Under the pieces are notes generated by a model that had not been told where the DNA came from, did no database searches, and saw only the letters and a list, made by a program, of their open reading frames with translations. Below are positions 25,512 through 39,133 of a stretch of 64,000 bases of DNA, piece after piece (the first letter of the stretch is position 1; each line of letters begins with the position of its first letter). Location of the stretch: positions 253,036 through 317,035 of the forward strand of contig BDGG01000015.1 of assembly GCA_001949185.1 (NCBI GenBank). Direction: 5' to 3'. The position numbers were made by a program, and so were the translations under genes. The DNA comes from Ramazzottius varieornatus. Taxonomy: Eukaryota > Animalia > Tardigrada.

Positions 25512-26923
25512 ATGAGTCTCCAGTGGCGCAGCTTTCCTGGCATTCCCGCATTTTTCGACGAAGACGATCCCCTCTTCCAGCAACTGCTTAAGGAGGCTGA
25601 AACAAGATTACCACCCGAAGCGACGTCGGAGCCGAAAGCAAAGAAGCTTAAAAAGTCTCAGCCGCGAAGAAAGAAGAAAGACGAGCCGCTCTTCAGCCTG
25701 TACACTCTGGACGAACTCTGGCGCAAGTCGAGCATACTCCTCATCAAAAATATCCTGAGCTACTTGGACCTGCGAAACTCCTGCAAACTCAGCCGGTAAG
25801 TAATGCCTACTTCTGCTGAATTTACTGAAGTACCGAAGGGTTCATTTTGCAGAGTTTCGACTTCGTGGAAGAAGATTCTAGAGAAGACAGTTATCCTCAA
25901 CCGTGGGGTGGTGTTTCTCGATTGGCGCATTCCTGCTGCCGGTCAGCGCAGAATGGACGCCGCGCTGTCCGGTTCCTCTTCCTGGCTGAAGCTCTTCAAG
26001 CCCATTAACTTCCAAGGTATCAAGCACTTTGTCTGTCTCGGTCCTGCGCTCAACTTCGCCATCTTCGAAGAGTACGAGAAGCTCTTCGGGTTTCAACAGT
26101 CTCTGTCCAAAGTTACGTTCTGTTCTGACACCTTCACCGATGCGAAGCTGCTCGAGATCGCCAGTTTCCTCTTGACAGAGTTCGAGCAGGTCACCTTCGT
26201 CAACTGTCGCATCACCACCAACGACCCGGAGTTCCACTTTGACAAGCAGTTTCGCAGTGCGGTGTGGGTCGACTATCAAGGTAACCATCCGCGAAGTATC
26301 AAGTGGGACCTTGAAGTGGTGATCCCTCGATTGGTCTTCGATGAGAATTTCAATAAACTGCGAGGTGAAGAGGAGCAACAAGCGTGGTTGTATAATCGGT
26401 ACGATGAGATGGATCTGATCTTTCCATATGGAAAGGAACAGATGGACTGGTTGGATCATGCGTTGGATTGTCTGAGCGGCGGACAGATTGACGCCGTCAA
26501 ACATGCCGACAAGAAATTCCTGGAATGGTAAGTAGCTGAGAGATTTGGCAAACAGACTCGACCAGCTTGTTTTCCGGACTGGTGCAGGTTTTCCCTCCTT
26601 TGGGCTGAAAGCGCGCGCCACTTGGAAAAACGATCTTGTCGAGTTTGGTTGGCTAGCTCCCAATTCTCGTCAGCGAGTTGGAGGTGCTTACAGAGTAATT
26701 TTATGGTTGGTTCTCTTCAAGGCGTCCGGACTACTACAAGAGTAAGATGAGAAACAGCGGAGTGCGGACGGAGGCTACGACAGCTCCACGTGATCTGGAC
26801 ATGTTGGACTTGGCGTTCTTGGGACGCTTGTTGGTGAAGATGAACAAAGCAAAGAAAATTCGAGGACTCAGGCCACCTCCCGAGCCTTTTCCTGATGACT
26901 TTAACGTTCGGATTGATTTTTAA
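25512..26923 (+). CDS. F-box domain protein, 3 exons (25512-25795, ~25853-26527, ~26722-26923)
   Basis: Spliced F-box-like motif LLIKNILSYLDLRNSCKLSR|VSTSWKKIL, basic NLS-like stretch, open frame with canonical splice sites. Confidence 0.7.
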
Positions 26924-27301
26924 TTCGTGCCGAGATTTTTGTCGGTTAGATCTGTTTTACGGACGATAGCTTTACGTCTTTTGTTAAATTCTTAGATTTA
27001 TATGGAAGCATTTCCGGCAGAACAGCTCCGTCTAACTTTCTCCCAGATGTTTTCACTCCTTATCCGCGCTGCTCTTTCAAACGCTACGGACACTGCCCGA
27101 AATTTTACGACACGTGCATTCGATTCTTTCGGAAGAGATAGATAGGTTTTCCTCTGCGTGACATAGTTTAACATAGAAAAATTCCAAAAGGACAAGATAA
27201 TTATTTTTTTTCCATGACGATGATGACGATAAAGCACTGGTTTACGTATCACAATATGCAGGCTCTGTCCGAAAAACCGAACAACAGTCTGTACAAGCGT
27301 A

Positions 27302-28640
27302 TCACTTCAAAAGAAAACTGAACAGACTGAGGAAACCACCCTGATCGTCCGCCGCACTTTTCTCCGGTCTTTCCGGCCATTTATTCTTTATTCGCTGAGT
27401 CCGTTCTGCTTCCTTCGTCTTCAATAACACCGGTAACTTCTCCCGCCAGGTGCCACCGTAAAATATTCTATCGCTAAAAAGATCTAGCCTCGTCGGCACC
27501 AGCTGCTGCTGGATCGTCGGACAACAAAAATTAAACTTCTTTATTTTAGCGTTGATATCCTCAATAAAATACGCAAACTTCTTGATGCTTTCCTCCCATC
27601 TTTCTTTGTCCTCCTTGGTGGGGCTGTCACCGTAGCTTGCACGCTCAATCGCCAGCTTTTCCTTTAGCTTATCTTTGAGTACTTCGATGTCCTTTCCCAA
27701 CACCGCCCATTCAGGTGTGAAACCTGAAAATATAAATTCTGTTGAGACATGTTAACTCGCGCATGAGGTCATTAAACGACCGAAGACACACAGCGAAATT
27801 TAGCGCCATGCGCCAACTCCACCAGTAGTCATCAGATAATTTGCTTACCGTTGTTTATCATGATTTTGTTCAGCCTATGGGTCATGCTATCCACATGCGG
27901 ATTATGGTCAAAGTTATCCAAAGGTTTCCCTGCTCCAGGAAGGTTGTCAAACTCTCCATTAGCCATGGAAGACTGGATCAAATCCTCCACGATCCTTTCG
28001 ATGGCATTCTGCGTCTTCTGCTTCTTGGTCGCTTGTCGATCCAGCGTCACCAGCGCGTCCTCCGTATACTGCACTGTCTTCTCCATCCTGTAGTTGAAAA
28101 CATTCTCCGCAGCTCTGACTGCTTTGAACTGCTGGTACTGTCGTTGACGCATGCTGGGAGTGCCATACCCCACACCTTCGTTGGAGAGATACGTCCGATG
28201 CGCTACAGACTTGTACCGGAAGCCCAGGTCTTTCTCCACGACATCCTTCACTTCTTTATCCACGTTGGTCACTTTCCGGTGGTCCATGACGGTCCGGTAA
28301 GCTGTCTCGACTTGCTTGAACTTCTCACCGTCCGGTGAGACGGAGCTGTCAGGGTGGTATTGCTTGGCCAAACGGATGAAGGCATCTTTGACTTCGACGG
28401 TGGAATGATCGGCAGAGACCTGCAGAATACGGTAGGATCGGGTGACTTCAGCTGGTAGGACGCTTCTGTCGGGTATAGCCTTCCTTGAGGTGGCGACGTG
28501 ACGGGAGAAAAGGAAATTCTGGGAGAGCTGACGAAGCTGTTCCTCTTCCAGGCTGCAATGAGGACGCTGTGCATGGCATCGGTTAATCGACGCACTCAGG
28601 GACTGTGGCTGACTTACCGGAGACAGCGAAAGCACAGCAT
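27302..28640 (-). CDS. DNAJC28: DnaJ subfamily C member 28-like (J domain + DUF1992)
   Basis: J domain with HPD (LAKQYHPDS) and DUF1992 AIERIVEDLIQSSMANGEFDNLPGAGKPL. Inferred mini-exon MLCFRCLR at 28640 splices in frame. Confidence 0.85.
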
Positions 28641-29526
28641 GGTCCTGTGTTCTTCCGCAGACGTGAGACGAGGTCGATGGCAGACGACCCACCAGAGAAA
28701 ATCAGGGAAGATCGCGAAAGGGCTGATGAAGGGACGACAATGAAGTAAATACGCAAACGAAACAGTGGTTACCTCTCAAACCCCTCAACACGTGCCTTGC
28801 TGCCGAGCGTTGTACAGTAAACGACACATGGTCAGGTTGATATTAATCGGCACAGCCTTGACCTAACAGTCAACTTCGGTACCCTCAGACCCCCGAACGC
28901 GTGAAACGTTGTCGAGTGATCTACGGCAAATACCACGTGGATAATCAAACGTCACTGGCACAGCCTTGAACGGAAAATTACAACTGTAGCGACCTGCCAA
29001 CTGTTGGACCGCTTCGCCTACGGTTGGTTGAATGCCGTTTCGCTTCATTCTACCAGTCGACTGGGTTTTTACTAAATGCGCCGCACTGCGATACCGAGCA
29101 CGTGATCTTTTGTCTGAATTCTCATATTAAAGAGCCATGGGTCTTTTATGACACGCGTGAAGTCATCGTGGTGCACAGCGCAGGCTGCAGTACGACCCGT
29201 ACTGTATGTACTGTACCTGTATTGTACGAGTACGGAACCAGTTCCGATTTCCGAATTCCCCTTTTCCATTCTTACTTTTCTGGAGTGATCAGCCACAGAT
29301 CTGGCCGCAGCATTGCGCTCCCTTTATCCGGAGCTCTAGGATTGACTGCGTTTGTCGCACAGAAGGTAAGTGCGGTACGATTTTATTCACAACCGTGCAC
29401 CTGTAATTTCTTGCTTGGTTGTTGCCTGCAAGGAGCGACCTTGCGCAGCCTCTTTGATCTGGCGTGTTTAAACTTCTTCTGTGCTCACATGAATTCTTGA
29501 CTGCAGGTGGATAGACAGCTGAGAGG

Positions 29527-32500
29527 ATGTACAAAGTTACCAGGAATGTCTGTCGGACGCTGCGCAAGCCAGCGCAGAAGACTCCGTCACATCCACAACG
29601 ATGTCTGTTGACTGCTAGCCGAGTTGCCGTCGCCCCGCGTGCGTATCTGAAGGATTGTTATCCCACAGTTGCCTCCCAGAGCTCCTTCTTGTCGGGCCAT
29701 GGCACGCTCCAGCCTCCTACGTTGCTTCGCGGATTGGCGTCAGGTAGTTTGTCCGCTAAGGGGAGAGATTTTACGGTCTCCGACGTCGTCGTTATTCTGC
29801 AGGTTCGTTACCGCAGCACACGCGCGTCAATCTTCCCGCACTCTCGCCCACGATGGAAAGAGGTAGCATTAAAAGCTGGGAAAAGAAGGAAGGCGATAAA
29901 CTGAACGAAGGCGATTTGCTGGCTTTGATCGAAACCGACAAAGCAACCATGGACTTTGAGACACCGGAAGAAGGATACCTCGCCAAGATTCTTGTCCAGG
30001 CACCTGCGAAAGATATTCCTTTAGGCCAGGTACACAATTCATCCTCTTGACTATCTCGCATTCCTTTAGCTCGTGTCAAAAAAGCGTGGACGAGATGATC
30101 GATACGGGAATGTTTTTGGTTTGATACTGGGCCGTGCTCGGCACGGCCCTGATAGGACACATTGGTTCGAACATTCTATGGAAGAATTTCAGTTTTCTTG
30201 TTTTGCAGCTTCTATGCATCATCGTTCCGAACAAAGACGACATAGGAGCTTTTAAGGATTTTAAGGCAGACGATGCAGGACAACCTGGCTTGATGCAGAA
30301 GAACTCCGTAGCGGAGCAGCAGAAGATGCAGGAATCATTGCCCAGTCAGGTTCGTCATACTGGTCAGTTTGGTTTCTCTTCATATTTCGTTTCGAACCCT
30401 ATTACTCTCGTCAGGTTCCCGTGTCTTCAAACACCCTTGGCGTTCAGGCTGGAGGCTCTTCCCAGCAGCAACAACAGTCGCAGCAAAGCTCGGACTCGTC
30501 GTCCGGTGGAAACTACCCAGAGCACCAGAAGATTGCCCTACCTGCCTTGTCACCCACCGTCGAGAAGTCCACTATCAAGACTTGGGGTAAGAAGGAAGGT
30601 GATCGGCTGAGTGAAGGTGACTTGATCGCCTCCGTCGAAACGGACAAGGCGACCATCGACTGGAACTACGAGAACCCCGAACCGATGTACGTGGCGAAAC
30701 TGCTGGTGCCTGAAGGCACAGCTGATGTCCCCATCGGCCAGGTAGAGTTTGGAAATCGCTCACCTCTATATTCAGCGATTTTTCTTAAAGAGTTGATGAA
30801 TATCGAATATTTTCGTTGTTAGGTTGTGGCGGTCTTCGTCAGCAAGAAAGAAGACATCGCCGCGTTCAAGGATTACAAAGCAGGTTCGTGGGCATCGACT
30901 CCCGCAGCTCAGCAGAAGAAACAGCCGGAAGGTCAGCAACAGAGACAGGAGCAGCCACGGCAGCAGGAAGATCGAAGTAGCGGACAGCAGCAACAGCAAC
31001 AGTCGTCAGCGCCGCAAAGACAGTCCGGTGATCGAGTCTTCGCAAGTCCGCTGGCCCGAACTATCGCCAAATCTAAGGGATACGAACTCTCGGTAAGCTT
31101 CTTACTTCTTCCGTCAATCTTAGATGTCTTCGGACCGTCTTTCTAGAATGACTTTGAGCTCGGAAAACAGCCCAAAGTAGATTGTTTCTCAACTGGCGCA
31201 CGTATTTGGTATCATGGGCCGAAGTTGTGCGCCACTTGGAACAGCGTTCTTTGTTTCGTTGTTGGAGTCCCAGCTGTCTCTTTCCTACAGCAAATCAGTG
31301 GAACAGGTCCTGACGGAAGGATCATCGCCGAAGACGTCAACAAGTTCCAGCCAGGTTCCGCAGCTCAGCCATCGCAGCAGCGAACTGCAGACCAGCCTTA
31401 CCAGCAGCAAAAGCCTGGCAAGGCACCTCAAGCCGGAAAAGCGGGCGATGGCGATTATGAAGATATACCTTTGACCAATATGAGACAGGTAAGTATCTTT
31501 CTCTGTCGACGGCGTCGGTCCATCTCGCTGGCAGGCTTTATTTCTCCTTCTTTCCACAGGTTATTGCAAAGCGTTTGTTGCAGTCGAAGCAAACTGTCCC
31601 TCACTACTACCTGTCGGTGGACATCGTTCTAGATGAGGTCCTCAGGCTGCGGACTGAACTTAACAGCATGCTAGAGAAGGAGAAAGTCAAGCTGTCCGTC
31701 AATGACTTTGTCATCAAGGCTTCCGCGTTAGCCTGCAAGAAAATCCCGCAAGCAAACTCTGCATGGATGGACTCTTTTATCAGACAGTAAGTGGGACATT
31801 GACAAATGACTTAAGCATGATGGATTTCTCGTGTCGCGCACAGTTCCAGCCAATAATAATGGAAGCGTGCGCCACTTGGGTAAATGACTTCCAGGTCAGT
31901 TATCGACGTCCAAAGTGATCGCTTCCGGACTGTCTTTCTATGGAACCTCTTGATCTATAACAGGATTTATGTTTCTTCAGGTTTAATATGGTGGACGTAA
32001 GCGTCGCAGTCAGTACGGAAGCTGGTTTGATAACGCCCATCGTTTTCAGCGCCGACTCAAAAGTAATTCTTACTTCCGGCTTCACTTCCGGGTGTTTCCT
32101 GCAAGCTTGCTACTTCTGAACATTCTTATGTAGGGTTTGGTTGATATCAATGCTGATGTGGTACGGCTGGCCGAAGCCGCAAAGAAAGGCAAGCTGAAGC
32201 CACAAGAGTTCCAAGGAGGAACTTTTACAGTCTCCAATTTGGGAATGTTTGGAATTAAGAATTTCTCAGCAGTAATAAACCCACCGCAGGTAAACCTTAC
32301 AACTTCCGTATGCCTTATCATGCACAGTATCCATCAACAGTCTTCTAATTTCAGTCGTGCATTTTGGCTGTTGGTGGAGCACAAAAGCAGCTTATAGCGG
32401 ACGAGAAGAGCAAAGAAGGGTAAGTTTGAAAAAATGGAATTGAAAATTCTTGGACCGTGTGGAAATCATAGTTTCTTGTTTTGGTGTTTTACAGGTATAG

Positions 32501-32624
32501 AGTAGCTTCGGTGATGAGTGTAACGTTGAGCTGTGACCATCGTGTGGTCGATGGGGCCGTTGGAGCTCAATGGCTGAAGCATTTCAAGCAGCTTTTAGAG
32601 CAACCGGAAACCATGCTACTGTAG
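29527..32624 (+). CDS. DLAT: Pyruvate dehydrogenase E2 (dihydrolipoamide acetyltransferase), two lipoyl domains
   Basis: Mitochondrial-type presequence, two PALSPT...ETDKAT lipoyl domains, E3/E1-binding RVFASPLAR...GTGPDGRI, and catalytic [16 protein letters not shown] and [15 protein letters not shown]. Confidence 0.95.
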
Positions 32625-35262
32625 TTTATCACTCTGACGTCGCATTCTTTTGTGTCGAATTAAGGTGAGAATATGCTTTGCGGTTTTGAAAGCTTTAATT
32701 TATGCTTTGAGAGTCTCGAAGATAGAGTTGGGTTTTTATTGTGTTCAGTGATGTGTTTCCTTGTACTGTCGAGATGGGCTAGAAATTGTGCAGCAGTTAG
32801 TTCAAGTCCATCGCACCAGCAATATCAAACGTGGTCCGAACTCGGAACTGAAGTGATCAGGAGAATACGATTACATATAGAAAGAATATAGTGCGAAAAC
32901 AACAAACTTACAGCTTAGCAAAACTGTCAAACAAACTCGACATGACTCTTTCCTTAGTCGCGCACGTTTACAGTATAATTGGCTGAATGCGTGCGTCAGT
33001 TGGGAAGACGATCATGTCAGGTTTCCCAAAGTGGCGCACGCTCACAGTGTTACTGGCCGACAGCGTGCGTCAATCACTTGCAAGAACGATCCTATCGACT
33101 TCGCTTTACCGAGCTCTCGAGTGTCAGAAAACAAGGGAGTCACTCAAGCGGAGACCGCAGACATAATCTTCACAATCTTTGAGGAAGGGACGTGATGGTG
33201 GCTCGATGTGCATTCACTGCTACCAGCAACCGCCCAAACCACGCACAGTTCAGCGTACCAAACTCCCGAGGACTGCTGACCGCTTCGGCGCGGTTTGGAT
33301 TCCTATAAGTCTCATCACATTCTCTAACTTCGTAATAAGAAGTTCGTCTAGAATATTCAACATAATTTATGAGGATCTGATGACAAAACACGGTTCAGAT
33401 AGACTTACTATTTGACAAACTGTTGATCGGCATAGCGGGAAGTTCTCTGGGTCCGCCCTTTCGAAACGTTGACGGTGTTTTTCAGCCATTCCGACCGATC
33501 ATCCTTGTGGGGCCAGATAAGTTCCATCTTGTCACACTGACGCAAGAGCCAAAGTCAAGCTCGGTGATTTACAGGTTGCAAGAATTTCTCAACACCTTGA
33601 GTACCGGGCGGGACACTCACTTTCCTAGCGCACACTAATTTGCATGTAGCGAGATTCCAGTTAAACTTTTGCTGGTCGGTTTTCCCCTTTTGCCTGAAGA
33701 ATCAACTTATCTTCAAACTGTAACTAACGGCCACTGGCCAGTAGCTCTACAAAACTGTCTGAATTTTTTTCCGTTCTTGATGAAATTTCGTCGTAGCCAG
33801 CCAACTGTTTTTCCAGCCATGCTGTCGGCTGGTTCAGAGTCTCCAAAAAAATTGTAGCTTGAGACAAAACAGTTTTGCATGTTGCGCAAGTTTCAGATTC
33901 GTGAAAAGATCTGCCCAGTGGTCAAGATAAAGTCATGAAGGTTAGCAGTTTTGAGTCGGTAGGTGGCGTACTTTAATTATGTTCCCAAATTTCGACCAAT
34001 CGAGAACTTGGTGATTGGGCCTATTTGGCGACGCCCCTAGCTTCAACCAGTTAAAAAAAGCGAAAGTGACTTCCCCACCTGGTATTCTGAAAGCCCGAAA
34101 TCGGGTGGTGCTCAAGGTGTTAAATACTATCTGCGGGAGGACCCCATCGAGGAACCATACGAAAGCATTTCTTTTAGCTCTCTTTGCTGGACGATCGTCG
34201 ATGCCACGGGCAACTGTACATGAACGATACTTCTTTGGTAATTCCATCAGCCAACGTGAGCGGTCTCTCTACAGTCCAGCTCGGGTAGAAAGGGTCTTCC
34301 CATTGAGGTTTGAAGCTCACGATGCTGTACAGGAACAAACACAGGTCCGGAAAGGTGTCCTTCGCGTCGATGAAGTTGCGGATCTGTCTACCGGGTACCG
34401 GACGAACGTGACAGTTGATGTCTTCACGGACTCGTTCTTCCTCTTCCGAATAAGGCACTGTCCGGAAGTTGGTGTGGGTCATCGTGGATATGCCGTTGCT
34501 GTAGTCTGGGCCTGGCCGAACGTTTGACCCGTCACCGATAATGATCCCGCTGGTGCTATCCGTCCGATAGGAAACGATGTTTGTTGGTTCGGTCACGAGC
34601 TTGCGAAGTGCAGATGGGTAGTGTCAAGTAGAAACCCTAAATCATGAATTTTTTCCAACTGTTCAGGAATCGACTTTTTGTGTCTGGGCACCTGAGGGCG
34701 ATCCGAGGGTTTCTGTACGATGCGATAGAACAACTCAAGAGCTTTCTATCGCGCTTTACAGAAATTTTATCAGAATTATGAGACGGAAGATATTGACGGG
34801 GCAACCAATGGTGAGAAAATGAAAATTTCGAAAACGCAATATTCTAAAATGAAACTGAAATATGCTTTGAAACTGAACACTGGAATTTCGATCACGTTTG
34901 AAAACGCAAATGAGATAGGAACTTTCAAAACAGGCACAAAATACCATAAAAGGTTGAAGTGTAACAGTGAGGAGTTGAGGTGATACATTTATAATTATTC
35001 CTCGTCGAGTCCCCCATTGCTTTCGTCTTCCGAATCTTCGTCCATCGGCTTTTTGTACATTGACTTAACGTAAGCGATCTATTCTTCTTGCTTGTCAGAG
35101 GATACGAACTGGGTAATCTCTTTTCTTACTCTGCTTTGTCTCATGTACACTTCTTTGTTGGCCAACTCACAGTACAGACGGGTTGAATGTTCATCAACTG
35201 CGCTGCTTATGGCTTTGAATGTGAACAGCCGTGAATACTTGAGACGCAGCAGTTCTTAATTA

Positions 35263-38071
35263 AGATCGGGATCACAACAGGGAGGGGAGCAATCTCGTAC
35301 AGAGAAATTTCTGAGCCGCTGCCCAGATCCCTTCCTAGAGAAAATCTTGAGCGATCTTCCGACTTCGGTAATCGTTTTGCATGTTTTGATTGACAGGATT
35401 TGCTCTTGGTCATCCCGCCATCGGGGATATTTCTCTTGATTGTCTGCACGCTACAGACCAACCCGCCCACCGTGGACTTTGGACTCTGACGTCAGTCAAC
35501 CTGTTTTGAAAGTTTTGTCCCATACTTCCGCGTTTTACATCGGGTACCACAGCAAGCGCCCAAGCCGTCCGCAGTCTTTACAGGAAAAGTTCTACGTTGT
35601 AATAAGGGTTCGGCTAATTTATGGTAATGGGGGATAATTATTTTCTTTGAATCTACAAAGTATTACGGGCGTGGGACGAATTTCGTAATCAAGCGGGACA
35701 CGGTAAAGACACTAAAACGGAAGCAAAGCTAGGTCATTGTCATCGTCAAGATCCAGAGGCTCCAGGTCTCCGCCCTCTTCAGCAACGTCCTCATCGGCTT
35801 GCTCGTCACCATCTGCCTCAATGCGGTCTTCCTTTGTGTCGATATCCCAGTAGTCATCCTCAAGCTTGATGCAATGGGCGAAGAGCTTAGGGAAGTCTTC
35901 TGGCTTGAAGACATCAGCAGATTCTTCCCACAGCTTGATCAGGTCAGGCAGCTTTCTGGTGGTGTTTTGCTTGGCGACATACCCTTTGCGGCGGGCCCAG
36001 CATTCTCAATCGGGTTGAAGTCACAGTGGTCGGGCGGCAGACGAACTGTCTCGATGCCTTCTTCGGTCTTCAAATAGTCATCCATGTAGTACCTGTCGCC
36101 CACGTGATTTTTCAGAAAGTCCGTCACCTTCTGCAACAGCTCGGCCACCAGTTCCCGCGCATCGAACTCGATCCTATGGTCAGTCAGCCACTGCTGGATT
36201 TCTTTCTTCACTCTCTTGGGTCTTCTGAACTGTGGCATCAAGCGGGAATGATAACTTGCGTTATCCAGCACGATCACAACCGTGTCATATCCGTGGAGCC
36301 GAGCAGATTCTTTCAAACGGGGAACCACCACCTCCTTCATGAACGTGAAACCATAACAGCCAAAATTTATCATGACGTCATCGAAAACTTGAAGCATTGG
36401 CATTCCGTCACGGTAAGAGTTTCATCACAAATTCTTTCGCAATCAGAAAGACCCAGTCGATATTTTCATTTTGTCTGCTCGGACCGGAAAGATCCAACCA
36501 ATGGTTTGCGAGATACACTCAAAAAACTCAATTTTGACCCACTTTTTTACTTTTCTCAAAATCAAGCCACTTGATTGACCTGATGCAACGAGCGAATCTC
36601 TTCGGAATGAAAAGACCATCAAAACAGATCATACGTGTTTTGATTGATTGATTTGACAGACTGGCTTACTTCTCTTAGTTTTGGTAGTTGAAATTCCCGT
36701 GGTAGTCCCCACTGTGCTTTGAGGCTTGCCAGATAAGTCCACATCCGGGAACGAATCCCCTATCCGTCACCACGTCGAAAATGACCAGACGCTTTCCCGA
36801 TCCACTTGGATGCGACTGTCCGCAGCCCTTGCACAGGATTTCGGCTGTGCCGGTGGATTTTTCTTTGTCGAGTTCGATCCAACTCTTGCGAAACTGGTAG
36901 TTCTCGTTTAACCAAGTCTCATCCAGGAAGGCAATCAGGGCATTCTTCTGTCGAAACTGACGAACCGCTTGGATGTAACGGATACGCCTGACTTTGAGGC
37001 TTGGGTCACCAAACAGGTTGTTAGTGAACCGATCCCGATATCGGAAGCCCGTTCGACGTAACACACGATACATCGTGGATCGTGGATTTCGACACCTTAA
37101 CACCGACTTCCTCCTCCACCAATGGCAGTAGAGATTCCACCGTGATGTGTATCTTACTCTTGTACTCCCGGTGAATGATCGCACGAATTTTCCCGTATTC
37201 CAACTCCTTCAACAAGTGCCGACCGACGCCCGCGACACCCTCCATTTCTTCCGCCTCGACAACCGGGTCCAAGGTTTCATTTACGTCATCTTCCGGAACG
37301 GTGTTGCTCTCGACTGCAGTTCCGCTCGGTGGACCAGTTATCAAATCCCAGTTCGTAGTGATGTTCTGGATGGTGCGTGAACTTCACTGACACAGATGCG
37401 CGATTGCCTTACGGCGACCTGCCAGAGTGGTCAGAGTATATTTATTCGGCCCAAAAAACGACTGACCCAGCACTTTCCATAAATGAGCAATATGCCTCAC
37501 ATCCACGGGATACAGAGAAGAACTGGAAGACGTCTCTCAGCTCCCTGTTAGTTTTGTCAGACTACGGTATACGCTATTGTAGAATACTGTGGTGCATTTG
37601 AAAACTGAGGAGACGGTTTTCGCTTGTGTTTGATGGAAGCTCTTATCTCTCCAGTTTTCTCCTGGCTGACTCTTCATACTTTCCAGCTGTGATAGGAGAA
37701 GACAACAAAGGAGTTGTCTCGACTCTATCGTTTTCCAACGTGCAGCATGAAGGTCAGATGCCAGAGGGCCGATAAGAATATCGTCTGTGCCGGTACCTTT
37801 TACATTTCACGCACGCAACAGATTTCATTTTTTGCCTGCTGACGTCAGAGTCCAAAGACCACGGTGGGCGGGTTGGTCTGTAGCGTGTGGACAATCAAGA
37901 AAAATATCCCCGATGGCGGGATGACCAAGAGCAAATCCTGTCAATCAAAACATGCAAAACGATTACCGAAGTCGGAAGATCGCTCAAGATTTTCTCTAGG
38001 AAGGGATCTGGGCAGCGGCTCAGAAATTTCTCTGTACGAGATTGCTCCCCTCCCTGTTGTAATCCCGACCT
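35263..38071 (-). mobile_element. IS630-Tc1-mariner element with long DD-E spacer (Sailor/DD82E-like), ~230-bp TIRs
   Basis: Near-identical inverted repeats 35263-~35494 and ~37839-38071 (AG(A/G)TCGGGAT(C/T)ACAACAGGG...), TA on both sides. Confidence 0.88.
35712..37370 (-). pseudogene. DD85E transposase, frameshifted, with one intron (~36670-36360)
   Basis: AFLDETW, GSGKRLVI, GDYHGNFN, VIVLDNASYHS and RLPPDHCDFNPIE. I count 85 residues between the second D and the E. Frameshifts near 37070 and immediately after NPIEN. Confidence 0.82.
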
Positions 38072-39133
38072 TAATAAAAATCAAAAATCTCCCCATTTGC
38101 ATAATTTTAGGGAAAAACAGTGTCATTCAGGGGGTTTTTTTCTTCCCAAGGGCGACGAAATTTTAACGTTTTTTTGCCGGCTTCTTTGTGTGCGGCCTTT
38201 TGCGGCATTTTAGAATTCGATGCAGCTTTTTGTCTCTACAAGATAGGCTAAGAAAATCATATTCCGGAATTTTCGCATGATTTAGGGTTTCTACTTGACA
38301 GTACCCTGATGTTAGATCGCTGAGGGATCTATCTTCGAGCCGCAGAAAAGAATAATTCTTGCTGTGCTTTACCGGATGTTCGGGGAGTATAGTGGCTAGA
38401 ATGTATTCCAGGGAGAACAGACAGATGGCGTGGTTTTGAGCTGCGGGTACGTTCGATGCGGCTGTCTTGAACATTTCGACCGCAATGAACAGGTCTGGAC
38501 CCGGAGGACCTGTTCTATCCATCCTGGAATCTTATATCTGCCAGTGATACAAACCGTGGAGCCAGTACAGAAACGAATTTGGGATATCTAATAAAAAAAC
38601 GGATGGACGGGTCGACGGGATATGCTTCAAGTAGACCTCGCGGAAATGGATCGATAGCGCTTACAGAAAACAACAGAAAAAGCGTCGGGGACTCACATCC
38701 ATCCGTAACGAAATTTCAAGGCTCGCCCGCGCATTTCTGGTTCACGCCTGGGGCTGAGTGCGAAAGCCCCTGAAAATATCCTGCGGTGGATTGAACTTGA
38801 CTGACTGTCAATCACAGTCTTCACAAACCATGGACTTCGATACAATTACTGTATGTTGTGGTTCTTTCAGCTCGACAGCTGATCCTGTGAGTGATCCGAT
38901 CGATAAATGAATTCACATCTTTGGTTTCAGAAGGATACTGGAATAAAGGAGACATTTTTACGGTTCGAGAAGTCACAACGAGAAAGGATCAGCTGAGGAT
39001 CTCCTCTTCGGTACGTCGAAAGGTAATCGTCTCATTCGTTTGCCGTTCTTTCTTCCGTATCGTAATCGCTTGTTGCGTCACATCAACGTCTTGTTCAATC
39101 TCTGTATCTATTTATCTAGACTGAGGAAGTTCG

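Noticed and set aside
25878-26663. 261-aa minus-strand ORF, and similar long antisense ORFs over ADAM, DNAJC28, CUL2 and gag
   Set aside because: These are shadows of real coding exons on the opposite strand and have no motifs of their own.
30880-31460. Poly-Q-rich segments in DLAT
   Set aside because: They occupy the normal flexible inter-domain linkers; low complexity is expected there.
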